A model generated the notes under the pieces. That model ran no database searches and was not told the DNA's origin. It was given only the letters and a program-made list of their open reading frames with translations. A DNA stretch of 64,000 nt from Candidatus Latescibacterota bacterium (GTDB lineage Bacteria; Latescibacterota; UBA2968; SICM01), in contig CBDCJO010000002.1 of NCBI GenBank assembly GCA_965217865.1, positions 1,088,001 through 1,152,000 on the forward strand, written 5' to 3'. The translations under genes and the position numbers were made by a program. Below, piece after piece: positions 20,193 through 30,093 of the stretch (positions within the stretch are counted from its first letter, which is position 1; each line of letters begins with the position of its first letter).

Positions 20193-20954
20193 ATGGGAGA
20201 CCAAACTTTGCAAAATCATGATAGACTTAAAAAGTCCTTCGACCGGGACGGTTTCGTTCACCTGCCTAAATTTATGACCCTAGGGGAGATGGAAAAGGTC
20301 GAGGCACAGATGGAGGAGATCATCCGGGATGTCGTGCCGAACCTTTCAAAACAAGATGCCATGTATGAGGATTACGACAGGCCCGAAACCCTCAAACAGC
20401 TCAACATCCCCGCGGAAAGTGCTCCGCACTTCGACGGTCTTCGGAAGAGCCCCAAGTTCAAGGACCTTGCCCGGCACCTCCTCCAGGACGACGTTTTCCC
20501 AAAGGCTATGGAATACTTCTGCAAGCCACCGGGTGTGGGAAAACCCACCCCGCCTCATCAAGACGGCTACTATTTCGGCCTGACCCCGTGCGAGGCACTG
20601 ACCATATGGATCGCCCTGAACGACATGGACGATGAAAATGGTGCCCTCCATTACGTGGCCGGTTCACACAAGAAAGGCGTCCTCCCGCACGACGCCTCTC
20701 ACGTCCTGGGCTTTTCTCAGGGAATCACGGAGGATGACCTCTCGACCTTCGGTAAATACGCAGTCTGCCGGGTCGAGTGTGGGGATGTCCTGATTCACCA
20801 TTGCCTGACCATACACGCAGCTCCCGGAAACACCAGCTCAAGGCTTCGACGTGCGGTGGCGTTTGTCTACTATGCCGATCGGGCGAAAGTCGACCCGGAA
20901 CAACAGCGCGCTTACAACGAATCCCTGAACCGCCAGCGAAAAGAACGGGCGTGA
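20193..20954 (+). CDS. PhyH-family Fe(II)/2-oxoglutarate dioxygenase
   Basis: TPPHQDG, WIAL, ENGAL..VAGSH, IH...N...RR. Confidence 0.9.
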   Translation: MGDQTLQNHDRLKKSFDRDGFVHLPKFMTLGEMEKVEAQMEEIIRDVVPNLSKQDAMYEDYDRPETLKQLNIPAESAPHFDGLRKSPKFKDLARHLLQDDVFPKAMEYFCKPPGVGKPTPPHQDGYYFGLTPCEALTIWIALNDMDDENGALHYVAGSHKKGVLPHDASHVLGFSQGITEDDLSTFGKYAVCRVECGDVLIHHCLTIHAAPGNTSSRLRRAVAFVYYADRAKVDPEQQRAYNESLNRQRKERA

Positions 20955-20970
20955 ACTGAAAGGAATCCTT

Positions 20971-22311
20971 ATGTCCGAGAAATTCAGCGTCGCCAGGTCC
21001 ATGGAAATCTACAAACGTGCCGGAGAGCTGATCCCCGGCTGGACGCAATTGATCAGCCGGCGAGCGAGCTCCTTCGCAAGCGGCTTCAATCCCGTCTACG
21101 CGCAGCGGGCCAAGGGATCGCGCTTTGTAGACGTGGATGGAAACGAATATATCGACTGGGTCAACGCCGTTGGCGCGGTCATCCTGGGGCACGCGGATGA
21201 AGTGGTCGACAGCGCCGTCAAGGCACAGATCGACCGCGGGAGCATCTACACGGTGAACAGCCCCCTGGAAATTGAGCTGGCCGAGGTGTTGATCGATACC
21301 ATCCCCAGCGCGGAGATGGTCCGCTACACCAAAGCAGGGGGCGAAGCGTGCGCGGTTGCTGTCCGGATCGCCCGGGGAAAGACCGGCCGGGACAAAATCC
21401 TGTTCTGCGGCTACCACGGGTGGCACGACTGGTACCAGGCCGCCAACTTCGGCGCCGATCCCGAAACGGGGTCCTACCCGATTTCCGGAGTTGAGCCGAT
21501 CGGCATCCCAAAAGTCCTGGCCGGCACTGTGATTCCCTTTCTGGACGGGGACGTGGAGATGCTGGAGGGACTCTTGAATGAACACACGGGAGAGGTGGCC
21601 GCAATCATCATGGAACCCGTTCGTACTGGAATGCCGGACCGGGACTACCTGAAAAAGGTCAAGGAGCTCGCAAAGGCACACGACGTCATCCTGATCTTCG
21701 ATGAGGTTTCCTCCGGCTGGCGGCTGAAGATCGGAGGCGTCCAGGAATATGTGGGGGTGACCCCGGACATGACCGTCGTGGCCAAGGCCATGTCGAACGG
21801 ATATCCGATGGGTGCCGTGGTCGGCTCTAAAGCCGTGATGGAACCCGCGGCTCGGATGTTTATATCCAGCTCATACTGGAGCGACAACATCGGACTCGTC
21901 GCCTCGATCACCACCATACGGGAATTGAAACGGCGCGACTCGGAGACCCGCTTCCGAGAGATCGGAGAGAAACTCCAGAAGGCGATAAACGACGTCATCG
22001 GAGCAGTTGGCCTGTCCGGATCCTGCGCCCACGGCATTGTCTCACATCCGTCCCTGGAGTTGGATCTCCCCGACGAGTCGATCCGGCCCAAGGTCACCAC
22101 CCTGTTCATCCAGGAGATGGCACGGCGGGGGGTCCACACCTATAACCACTTAAAAGCCACCCTCGCCCATACGGATGAGGACATCGAGCGCACGGCAGAG
22201 GCCGCGGCCGGGGCCCTGAAGGTGATCAAGTCGGGCCTCGAGAACGATAACTTGGACAGCCTGGTGAAAAGCCCCACGAAGAGGGAGCCGTTTCGCCGGC
22301 TCGTTCGGTGA
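20971..22311 (+). CDS. Class III PLP aminotransferase (GSA-aminomutase-like)
   Basis: DVDGNEYID, GYHG, IMEP, LIFDEV, PDMTVVAKAMSNGYP. Confidence 0.9.
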   Translation: MSEKFSVARSMEIYKRAGELIPGWTQLISRRASSFASGFNPVYAQRAKGSRFVDVDGNEYIDWVNAVGAVILGHADEVVDSAVKAQIDRGSIYTVNSPLEIELAEVLIDTIPSAEMVRYTKAGGEACAVAVRIARGKTGRDKILFCGYHGWHDWYQAANFGADPETGSYPISGVEPIGIPKVLAGTVIPFLDGDVEMLEGLLNEHTGEVAAIIMEPVRTGMPDRDYLKKVKELAKAHDVILIFDEVSSGWRLKIGGVQEYVGVTPDMTVVAKAMSNGYPMGAVVGSKAVMEPAARMFISSSYWSDNIGLVASITTIRELKRRDSETRFREIGEKLQKAINDVIGAVGLSGSCAHGIVSHPSLELDLPDESIRPKVTTLFIQEMARRGVHTYNHLKATLAHTDEDIERTAEAAAGALKVIKSGLENDNLDSLVKSPTKREPFRRLVR

Positions 22312-23219
22312 TTGGAGAAACTCCAGCCGTGACTGCGTGGACGTGCGCTCTGGAATTGGACAGCTCCCGTAAAATCCGGGGGGGAGGGGAAGAAGCCCTG
22401 TGCGACGCCATCCGTCGCGGATCCGATCTCCGGATCAACACGGAGTTCCGTCACAACGAACACATTGATCTGGAAAGCGACAATCCCGAATCGGTCCGGG
22501 AGGTTGCGGAGTTTCGTGTCACCTACCTGATCGAAGACCGCTGGACCGCCGGCATCATGAGCTTGCGCCAGCCCGTCAGCCTACCTGACCGGTTCGGCGG
22601 CCGGGCCTCCATGTCGTTTTTCCTATACAACCAGGATGGAATCCAGGCCATCGCCCGGCCGCACCTCGACGAAAAGATCGATCAAGTTACGCCCGAGGCT
22701 TCAATTGACCGGCAGATGGTCAAATATCATCTGATCGATTCCTGGGACACGGACACGAACGCACCCAGTCAGAACTTTATCTACGACTTCGAAGTGTATC
22801 GCTTTTGGGTCCGGGACGAATGGCGGGAAGTCCTCTCCCACGATGCAGACGGCCGTGTGGCTTCAGGCTCCATAGACGACTTGGCGGATGCCTTCTCTCA
22901 AGGGTGTGAAGTGAAACTCGCGATTCGAGGCCTCTGTTCAGACCTCGTGGAAAATAAGGATGAGGCTCTCGATCACGAACTCTTTGTTCACGCGGGGTCC
23001 TGTTATTATTACACGGAGGAAAGACTGTTCATCGCGGGCAGCCACCCTGTTGTGCGGGTCAGACCCGGAATTCCGATGGCCTACAAGAGCGGGGGGTGGG
23101 ACTTCGGTTGGATGATCCTAAGAACGGACGGCCTCGTCGTAAAACGGATCTGCGATCCGTACACCCTGAAATTTTCCGACAGCCGGATTCGCCATCCGTT
23201 GAGATGGTTTGTTCGTTGA
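22308..23219 (+). CDS. Hypothetical protein with a two-fold internal repeat
   Basis: GTGA overlap with the upstream stop; repeats W...LELD...GGEEALCDAIRRG and W..VLSHD..G..SGSIDDLADAFSQG. Confidence 0.7.
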   Translation: MIGETPAVTAWTCALELDSSRKIRGGGEEALCDAIRRGSDLRINTEFRHNEHIDLESDNPESVREVAEFRVTYLIEDRWTAGIMSLRQPVSLPDRFGGRASMSFFLYNQDGIQAIARPHLDEKIDQVTPEASIDRQMVKYHLIDSWDTDTNAPSQNFIYDFEVYRFWVRDEWREVLSHDADGRVASGSIDDLADAFSQGCEVKLAIRGLCSDLVENKDEALDHELFVHAGSCYYYTEERLFIAGSHPVVRVRPGIPMAYKSGGWDFGWMILRTDGLVVKRICDPYTLKFSDSRIRHPLRWFVR

Positions 23220-23245
23220 CACGATACTTCCCGGAGATGTCATCC

Positions 23246-24085
23246 ATGATTAACGAAAAAATCGACGGCCGGGATTGGTCAGCCTTGACGCTGGGGGAGC
23301 GGATCCGGCAAGTCGAGCTCGAAGGCTATCTGGTGATCCCGGACCTGCTTTCCCCCGATCACATCTCCAGGCTTAAGACACAGGCCGAGAAGTTCGAAAC
23401 CGTCGCGAGGGACTACAGCGAACGCCAGCGCGGGAGACCCAAAATCCAGTTCGAAGGTGGTGCGATCACCGAGCTGATCGCGCACCCCCCGACCATCGCG
23501 TTCTTGGGGGAACTGTTCGGCGATGAGATCGTCTTCTTGAGTTACGGCTACGACCGGTCCGAGCCCGGTACCCCGGGAATCAGCCTTCATACCGATGGCC
23601 AACCCTACGGTTCCGGGATCTTCGGATACAACGGGAGCTGTCCCTTCACCATTCGAGTATTATACTACCTCGACGACCTGATACCGGAAGTATCGCCGTT
23701 CCGAGTAATTCCCAGATCCCACCTCTGCATGCACGATGACGCCAACGCCTACAAGCGCTACGAAAGCCATCCCGAACAGGTGATCGTGCCGTGCAAAGCG
23801 GGTTCGGCCGTCTTCCTCAACCATCGGACTTTCCACGGGACCCTGCCAAACGTCGGCGACTGGACTCGCTCCGTGCTGGCAATCGCCTACCGGCCGGGTT
23901 GGGCCGGCCCGATCGACAAAGTCGATGAATGGGATTCCACGGATCTGGAAAAACTCCCAGCCCACATCCGACGATTTTTCATCGATCCGAACACACGTCA
24001 CTGGGAATGGGGTGTGAGTAATAAACCCCCGGACATGACTCACGAAGCCCCGGGCCTGAACCCAAGTCGTTGGAAAAGGATGTGA
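23246..24085 (+). CDS. PhyH-family dioxygenase
   Basis: GYLVIPDLLS, LHTDG, YYLDD, VIPRSH, FHGT..N. Confidence 0.85.
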   Translation: MINEKIDGRDWSALTLGERIRQVELEGYLVIPDLLSPDHISRLKTQAEKFETVARDYSERQRGRPKIQFEGGAITELIAHPPTIAFLGELFGDEIVFLSYGYDRSEPGTPGISLHTDGQPYGSGIFGYNGSCPFTIRVLYYLDDLIPEVSPFRVIPRSHLCMHDDANAYKRYESHPEQVIVPCKAGSAVFLNHRTFHGTLPNVGDWTRSVLAIAYRPGWAGPIDKVDEWDSTDLEKLPAHIRRFFIDPNTRHWEWGVSNKPPDMTHEAPGLNPSRWKRM

Positions 24086-24089
24086 TGAA

Positions 24090-24983
24090 ATGGACCTTCG
24101 TGAACGCTACTTCTGGGACATCACGGGCTACCTGATCCTCAGAGACCTCCTCACCCCCGATGAGATCGCCGAAGCCAATGAGGCTGTGGATCGAAACATG
24201 GACCGGATGGTGACGGGGAAGGACAACGCCGGCGCCCAGGATTCCCAAAGTTTGAGAGGCAAGGGGCAGGCTCTGATCCCAAATCTACTCGAATGGGAGA
24301 AACCTAACTGCGATCCGTTTCGAAAGATGCTCGTGCACCCCGAAGTTGTAAAACGGCTGAACATCATGCTTGGAGTCGGATTTCGGCACGATCACGGCCC
24401 CTGGGTCTCTTACAGCGAGAAAGGAACCGAAGGCCTGGTCATGCACGGCCGGGGAGAGCCCCATAAACCCGAAGTCGCCTATCACCACCAGGACGGCGTG
24501 ATGTACTGCGGGGGCGTAACCGTCACCTGGCAGCTGGTGGACGTGAACGCCGGAGACGGGGGATTTACATGTGTTCCCGGAAGCCACAAGGCCAAGTTTC
24601 CCCTCCCCAACGGCGTTCGTACCTGCGACGACGATATGGATCTGGTGATCCAGCCCGCATTGAAGGCAGGCGACGTCATCCTCTTTATGGACGGCGCCCA
24701 AACCCACGGCACCCACCCCTGGAGAAACGAGATCCCTCGCCGGTCCGTCCTTTTCAAGTATGCGAGCAGGACCTCTGTCCGGTCTGGCGGGAACCAGGTA
24801 GCCCCTCCTGAAATATACTGGGGTGAGGAGACGGTCGAGGGGATGACCGAAGAAGAGCGTGCCGTCATGCATGGACCCGGCTCAATCGCTCAAAATACTT
24901 ACCTTGAGGTGGACGAAGACGGGTCTGTTCGGCTAAAGAATAAACCCGTTGCACGAAGCGGCAGAGGCGAAAAGAAATTTTGA
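24090..24983 (+). CDS. PhyH-family dioxygenase with atypical first metal motif
   Basis: GYLILRDLL, GGFTCVPGSHK, AGDV, THGT, RRSVLFKY; MHGRGE where HxD is expected. Confidence 0.8.
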   Translation: MDLRERYFWDITGYLILRDLLTPDEIAEANEAVDRNMDRMVTGKDNAGAQDSQSLRGKGQALIPNLLEWEKPNCDPFRKMLVHPEVVKRLNIMLGVGFRHDHGPWVSYSEKGTEGLVMHGRGEPHKPEVAYHHQDGVMYCGGVTVTWQLVDVNAGDGGFTCVPGSHKAKFPLPNGVRTCDDDMDLVIQPALKAGDVILFMDGAQTHGTHPWRNEIPRRSVLFKYASRTSVRSGGNQVAPPEIYWGEETVEGMTEEERAVMHGPGSIAQNTYLEVDEDGSVRLKNKPVARSGRGEKKF

Positions 24984-25035
24984 CTTGAGCTGCGAGGGAT
25001 AGGGTGAGGGGGGGTGGAAGGAGACAAAAAGAGGG

Positions 25036-25794
25036 TTAAACGCAGCCCGGATATTCCTGTCCTCTCATAAGAGGATATTCGGGCATTTCTTCGGGGGGGC
25101 CTGTCCAGCGGGACCTGGCGCTCATATAGTGAGACGCGAGCCCGCGCCGCCGGTGTTGCGTATTGTTCGGGCCGGACCGGTGAAGCAGCAGGCTATGGTG
25201 GAAAGAGACACTGCCCGCCTTCATGGTAATCGAAACCTCCTTGCTTCGATCGAAAGCGGAGTCGGGCACGCACTTGTCCCTGCGGTCGCCGACTATCCAA
25301 GGCTGGCTGTGTGCAAGCGGTCCGCCCTTGTGGCTCTCCGGAACCACCCACAAACATCCGTTCTCCAGGGTGACGTCATCCATGGCGGCCCACGAACTGG
25401 TCAGATCCATAGGCTCTATTGTAAAATAAGGGGAGTCCTGATGATAGGTCTTTTCGACCCCCCCGGGAGGTTTCAAGAAAAACTGATCCCCCATGAGTTT
25501 GATGTCCGGGCCGATCAGGCTCTCAACGACATCCAGAATACCTGGGTTTAGCGCGTGGTTCAGGAAGACCTGGTCGAATTCGGCACAGTGATTTAGTTTT
25601 CGAAAGTTATCCAGATGCCGGGTTCGGTCCGCATTGGGTTCGAACTCCATGTATTTCTCGGGAAAATCCGTGCGCCCCTCGGCAATTTCAACAACCCGCT
25701 GGCGGATGATCTCCAGGTCCGGTTCAGACAACAGGTCTTCCACTACGATAAATCCATCCCGCCTGTATTGAGCCACCTGCTCTTCAGAAAGCAT
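25036..25794 (-). CDS. PhyH-family dioxygenase
   Basis: YHQDSPY, ENGCLWVVPESH, LLHRSGPN...RRRG. Confidence 0.9.
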   Translation of the reverse strand: MLSEEQVAQYRRDGFIVVEDLLSEPDLEIIRQRVVEIAEGRTDFPEKYMEFEPNADRTRHLDNFRKLNHCAEFDQVFLNHALNPGILDVVESLIGPDIKLMGDQFFLKPPGGVEKTYHQDSPYFTIEPMDLTSSWAAMDDVTLENGCLWVVPESHKGGPLAHSQPWIVGDRRDKCVPDSAFDRSKEVSITMKAGSVSFHHSLLLHRSGPNNTQHRRRGLASHYMSARSRWTGPPEEMPEYPLMRGQEYPGCV

Positions 25795-25957
25795 ATCTTC
25801 TTCTCTCCTGCCATTATTGGCATTCGATGTTCCGATCCTGCATGAAAAATATAGTTTTCCCCCTTACGACGCAAGGTCTCATGAAATAAAGTGCAAACCA
25901 AGGGAGTTGACGTCCAGGGTATGTGTGATCCTCTTCTGACACGATAAGGAAAAAACG

Positions 25958-27913
25958 ATGGAGACCATCAAGGCAACGGAAATCGCAGCGCCACCGGGCT
26001 GGGCCCTTTTGCAGCGGGAGTTGATCCGCTCGGCAGAGGAGGGGGCGGCGTTGTGGGCGGAGAAGTACATGGATCCGGCGGGGGTGGTGTTCTGGACCGA
26101 CGACGTGGATGACCTCTACGAGAGGTTTCACAACTGGGGTCTTTTTTACGCCATCGGCGCCGAAAAGCGTGTGTTCGAAATCGCCCTTCAAGGGTGGCAC
26201 GCGACCACGAGGTTCTTCGACGAGGGGGTCGTCAACCGGATCCATCCCCGGTTCAAGCCCCAGATTCATAAGGAATACTACAACCTCGCCGTCCCAGGTG
26301 GGGCGGAATGGCACCACAAGAGCGAAGGCAACGTGGCCTTTTATGAATTTGGACTGGCCGATCCGACGATCTCGGAGAACGTGCGTCGGGCCAGACGGTT
26401 CGCTGCGTTCTACATGGACGAGGACCCGGAGGCGCCGAACTACGATCCCCGCTACAGAATATTCAGGTCTCCCATTCAGAGCAGCCGTGGTCCGTACCTT
26501 GAGGCCACGGTCGATAACGTGAAGAGTTGGTTGGACCCGGTCTATTATGGCAACAGCGTCTACAAAGGCCAGCCGAGAGGCATCGCCCGCCGGTCGAGTC
26601 TGTATCCTATAGTAGCGGACCTGGAACCGGAGTGGTACGAGAATCCCGAGCGGGCAAAGGAGATTCTCGCGCTGTTCGACAGGATGGTCCTGAACGGAGA
26701 TGTGGCCAACAGTCTGGCCGCAACCGCGCTGATCACCAACGCCTATCTCTACACCGGGGAGGAGAAGTACAGGAAATGGGTCCTCGGATATGTAGACGGC
26801 TGGATGGACCGGATGCGGCGCAACAACGGGATCATGCCGGACAATGTGGGGCCCACCGGAAAGATCGGGGAACAGCGGGACGGGCAGTGGTGGGGCGGGC
26901 TCTACGGCTGGAACAGCCGTTTCTCTGGGGATATCATGTTCCACTCCCTGACCGTAGCCGCCGAGTGTGCCCTACTCGTGTCGGGTGACTACGGATATCT
27001 CGACCTCCTTCGTTCTCAGCTCGACCTCCTCCTTGGCATGTCCGAGTCCCGGGCTGACGGACAGCTTGTGGCGCCTCATCGGCACGGCCCGAACGGGTGG
27101 GAGGAATTCAGGCAGATGCGGATTCGGGAGTTCGCACACCTCTGGCACGCATCGATGGACCCCGGGGATTTCGAACGGATCGAGAGACTGCGGGATGGGG
27201 ACAGGGAGAGAGATTGGAATCAGGTGGGTTCGGGGGGAGACGGGCGAGGCGGGGAGTCGGAATATTCGCGGTTTCAATACTATGGCAATAAAAATCCGGA
27301 CTGGCCCGAGAAGATCATGAGGGCCGAGCTGAACTACGTGCTGACCGCAACCGAGGGAATGCGCCGGGATTCACGGGATGTCGACACGATACTTGCCGAG
27401 AACCGCTGCCCGCCGAACCCTGTTGTCACGAAGGGCCTGACCCAGGTGACGATTGGTGCACCGAAGACCGTCTACAACGGCGGGCTTCTACAGGCACGGG
27501 TGCGTTACTTTGACCCGTCCGCGGATCGGCCGGGTCTGCCTGAGGATGTTGCTGCCCTGGTAGAGAGGCTGGAGGCTGAACGGATCGTTGTCCGATTCAT
27601 AAACCTGAGCAAAACCCAAACTCGGAAACTGATCGTTCAGGCCGGGGCATTCGGAGAGCACCGATTCACGGAAGTCAGGTTCGAGGAAATAGAGGGAGAC
27701 CGAGAAGGTGGAGATCCCGCTGGATGGACCCGTGCCACCCGAACGAGGAAGGAAAAAACCGTTTCCGTGGACGGGGTGCACCTTGCCGTCGAGCTTCCCC
27801 GCACAACTTCCATACGGATCGACATCGGAATGCGGCGCTTCGTGAACAAGCCCAGCTACGCATTCCCGTGGCACGGAGGAAAGCTGCCGGTTCCATTTCA
27901 AGTCACGAAATGA
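25958..27913 (+). CDS. Hypothetical protein, 651 aa (possible helical-toroid enzyme)
   Basis: Long ORF after AAGGA; aromatic- and acidic-rich (DDLYE, EWHH..EG, PDNVG, WWGGLYGW); no family assigned. Confidence 0.7.
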   Translation: METIKATEIAAPPGWALLQRELIRSAEEGAALWAEKYMDPAGVVFWTDDVDDLYERFHNWGLFYAIGAEKRVFEIALQGWHATTRFFDEGVVNRIHPRFKPQIHKEYYNLAVPGGAEWHHKSEGNVAFYEFGLADPTISENVRRARRFAAFYMDEDPEAPNYDPRYRIFRSPIQSSRGPYLEATVDNVKSWLDPVYYGNSVYKGQPRGIARRSSLYPIVADLEPEWYENPERAKEILALFDRMVLNGDVANSLAATALITNAYLYTGEEKYRKWVLGYVDGWMDRMRRNNGIMPDNVGPTGKIGEQRDGQWWGGLYGWNSRFSGDIMFHSLTVAAECALLVSGDYGYLDLLRSQLDLLLGMSESRADGQLVAPHRHGPNGWEEFRQMRIREFAHLWHASMDPGDFERIERLRDGDRERDWNQVGSGGDGRGGESEYSRFQYYGNKNPDWPEKIMRAELNYVLTATEGMRRDSRDVDTILAENRCPPNPVVTKGLTQVTIGAPKTVYNGGLLQARVRYFDPSADRPGLPEDVAALVERLEAERIVVRFINLSKTQTRKLIVQAGAFGEHRFTEVRFEEIEGDREGGDPAGWTRATRTRKEKTVSVDGVHLAVELPRTTSIRIDIGMRRFVNKPSYAFPWHGGKLPVPFQVTK

Positions 27914-27986
27914 ACATGAGCAAAGTGCCTTATCCCCACTTGACGTATGGGGTGCTTAGAGAGTTCTGTGCCAATAGGAGATCAAT

Positions 27987-28610
27987 ATGTCCGCATTATT
28001 CGAAAATTTAGCGGAAATCATACGAAGTTCCTCATCCAATCCGCTTTCATTGATTGCGTTGATGGTTATTGCCATCTCAATCATCAGTTTCTTCTTCTTT
28101 AGAAACGCATCTGAAAAATTACGTTTCGGTGTTTTTGGCCTCATGTTTTGTGGGATCGCTGTTTTTGTTTTTTCGGTCCTTACGGCGGACTCTATTCAGA
28201 AGATGGAAGGTAAACCCGTAGAGAAGCAATCGCCGCCAAAGAAAAATACCATTCCGGTGTCTGCAAAATCTCCTGATGGCGCCGTATTCATCAATCCATT
28301 CAACTTCGCTGCAAAGTTTAAATTTACAGCCAACGCCGACCAGACCTGGCAGTTTACGAGAGACTGGCCGCACGGCCCCGGGGGCGTCGATGAGGCACAC
28401 GATGAGTACAAGCTTCCGGGGGCACCCAAAGGGAGCCTGATTATCAGACGGGGCACCGACAATTACGAATTGATCGGAGTAGGTGCAATCGTAGATCTCT
28501 CTCCCCAGGAAGAGGTCCGTTTTCTGATGAACGATTCGAAGAAATCGAAGGACTACGATGATAATAGCGGAGAGGTGATTGTTGAGTGGAGAGTAATTCA
28601 GGACAATTGA
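27987..28610 (+). CDS. Membrane-anchored protein with a LecA/PA-IL-like C-terminal domain
   Basis: Two N-terminal TM segments; HGPGG...PGAPKGSLI...MND...YDDNSG resembles PA-IL; AT-richer than its neighbours. Confidence 0.55.
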   Translation: MSALFENLAEIIRSSSSNPLSLIALMVIAISIISFFFFRNASEKLRFGVFGLMFCGIAVFVFSVLTADSIQKMEGKPVEKQSPPKKNTIPVSAKSPDGAVFINPFNFAAKFKFTANADQTWQFTRDWPHGPGGVDEAHDEYKLPGAPKGSLIIRRGTDNYELIGVGAIVDLSPQEEVRFLMNDSKKSKDYDDNSGEVIVEWRVIQDN

Positions 28611-28649
28611 CCATCAACCCCCCCTTCACGTAAATCCTTTTTGAATCCC

Positions 28650-30053
28650 ATGAATGAAACCGACCTGTGCTATCTGTCCGCCATTGAGCTGAGCTCGCTT
28701 TATCAGAAGCGCGAGATGTCGCCCGTTGAAGTGACGCAGGCTGTGTTAAACCGAATCGAAAGGCTCAACCCCGGTCTCAACGCCTTCATCACCGTCACGC
28801 CTGAACGTGCTCTGAAACAGGCACGGGCGGCTGAGCAGGCTTACATGCAAAGCGGTTCACCGGCCCCCCTGGCCGGCATACCCGGTTCCTTAAAGGACCT
28901 TACGGCGACAAAAGGAATTCGCACCACACGCGGTTCGCTGTTGTACAAAGACTGGGTTCCCGATTATGACGCACCCATTGCGGAGCGACTGTATGCCGCA
29001 GGAATGGTCATGCTCGGCAAGACAAACACCCCCGAATGGGGTTGGAAAGGGGACTCGGGAAATCGCCTGATCGGTCCGACGCAAAATCCATGGAAACAGG
29101 GATCCACTGCCGGCGGGTCGAGCGGCGGGGCGGCAGCAGCGGTCGCCGCAGGAATGGGTCCCATCTCTCAGGGATCGGATGGGGCGGGTTCAATCCGCAT
29201 ACCCGCCGGATTTTGCGGTATCTTCGGCTTCAAGCCGTCCTGGGGGCTCGTCCCTCAGTACCCCGCCAGCGTGGTGGAAATGCTCTCGCACGCCGGACCG
29301 ATGGCCCGGTCTGTCCGGGATGCAGCCCTCATGCTCACCGTGATGGCGGGCGAAGACCCTCGCGACCGCGTTTCGTTCCCAGATCAAACCGATTACCTGA
29401 AAGCGATGGAGGGAGGGATTGCGGGTCTTCGTGTAGCGTGGTCCCCTGATCTGGGCTACGCCATCGTCGATCAGGAAGTAAGGGAGATCGCAGCTGCGGC
29501 GGCAGGACGTTTTGAGGAACTCGGCTGTCTCGTGGAGGAAGCCCATCCCGACTTGCCTAACCCGTGGGAGATGGTGAATACGATCTGGGCTTCCGCATTC
29601 GCCGGGATGGTTCGAAGACAAAATCTTGAGAATTTTGACCTTTTGGATCCCGGCCTGGTAAAGGTTGTTGAACAGGGGGAATGGCTCTCCGCCGCGGAAC
29701 TGGCCGCGGCCTACATCGGACAGAACGAATACTACCACGGCTGGCGGAGGTTCATGGAGGACTTCGACCTCCTGCTGACCCCCACACTCCCCGTGACGGC
29801 TTTCACGGCCGGACACGATCGCCCGGAGGAGATCGAGGGCCGGCCCACCACCTATCTGGGCTGGACACCATTTACGTATCCGTTCAACCTCACCGGACAA
29901 CCCGCCGCCACGCTGCCATGCGGTTTCGCACGCAATGGCCTGCCCGTCGGGCTACAGGTCGTCGGGGGCCGGCGCGAAGACGTAACCGTGCTTCGGGCGT
30001 CCGCCGCGTTCGAGTCGATCTCGCCATGGTCCGGGAAGCGCCCCTTGCTATGA
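28650..30053 (+). CDS. Amidase-signature family enzyme
   Basis: SLKD, GKTNTPE, GGSSGG, GSDGAGSIRIP, PFNLTGQP. Confidence 0.95.
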   Translation: MNETDLCYLSAIELSSLYQKREMSPVEVTQAVLNRIERLNPGLNAFITVTPERALKQARAAEQAYMQSGSPAPLAGIPGSLKDLTATKGIRTTRGSLLYKDWVPDYDAPIAERLYAAGMVMLGKTNTPEWGWKGDSGNRLIGPTQNPWKQGSTAGGSSGGAAAAVAAGMGPISQGSDGAGSIRIPAGFCGIFGFKPSWGLVPQYPASVVEMLSHAGPMARSVRDAALMLTVMAGEDPRDRVSFPDQTDYLKAMEGGIAGLRVAWSPDLGYAIVDQEVREIAAAAAGRFEELGCLVEEAHPDLPNPWEMVNTIWASAFAGMVRRQNLENFDLLDPGLVKVVEQGEWLSAAELAAAYIGQNEYYHGWRRFMEDFDLLLTPTLPVTAFTAGHDRPEEIEGRPTTYLGWTPFTYPFNLTGQPAATLPCGFARNGLPVGLQVVGGRREDVTVLRASAAFESISPWSGKRPLL

Positions 30054-30093
30054 GCGATTACACGATTCTTATCGTCAACGAACTCTCTCGGGA

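Noticed and set aside
20971-22311. Calling the aminotransferase hemL
   Set aside because: Similar fold, but no tetrapyrrole gene context and a divergent N-terminal motif; left as class III aminotransferase.
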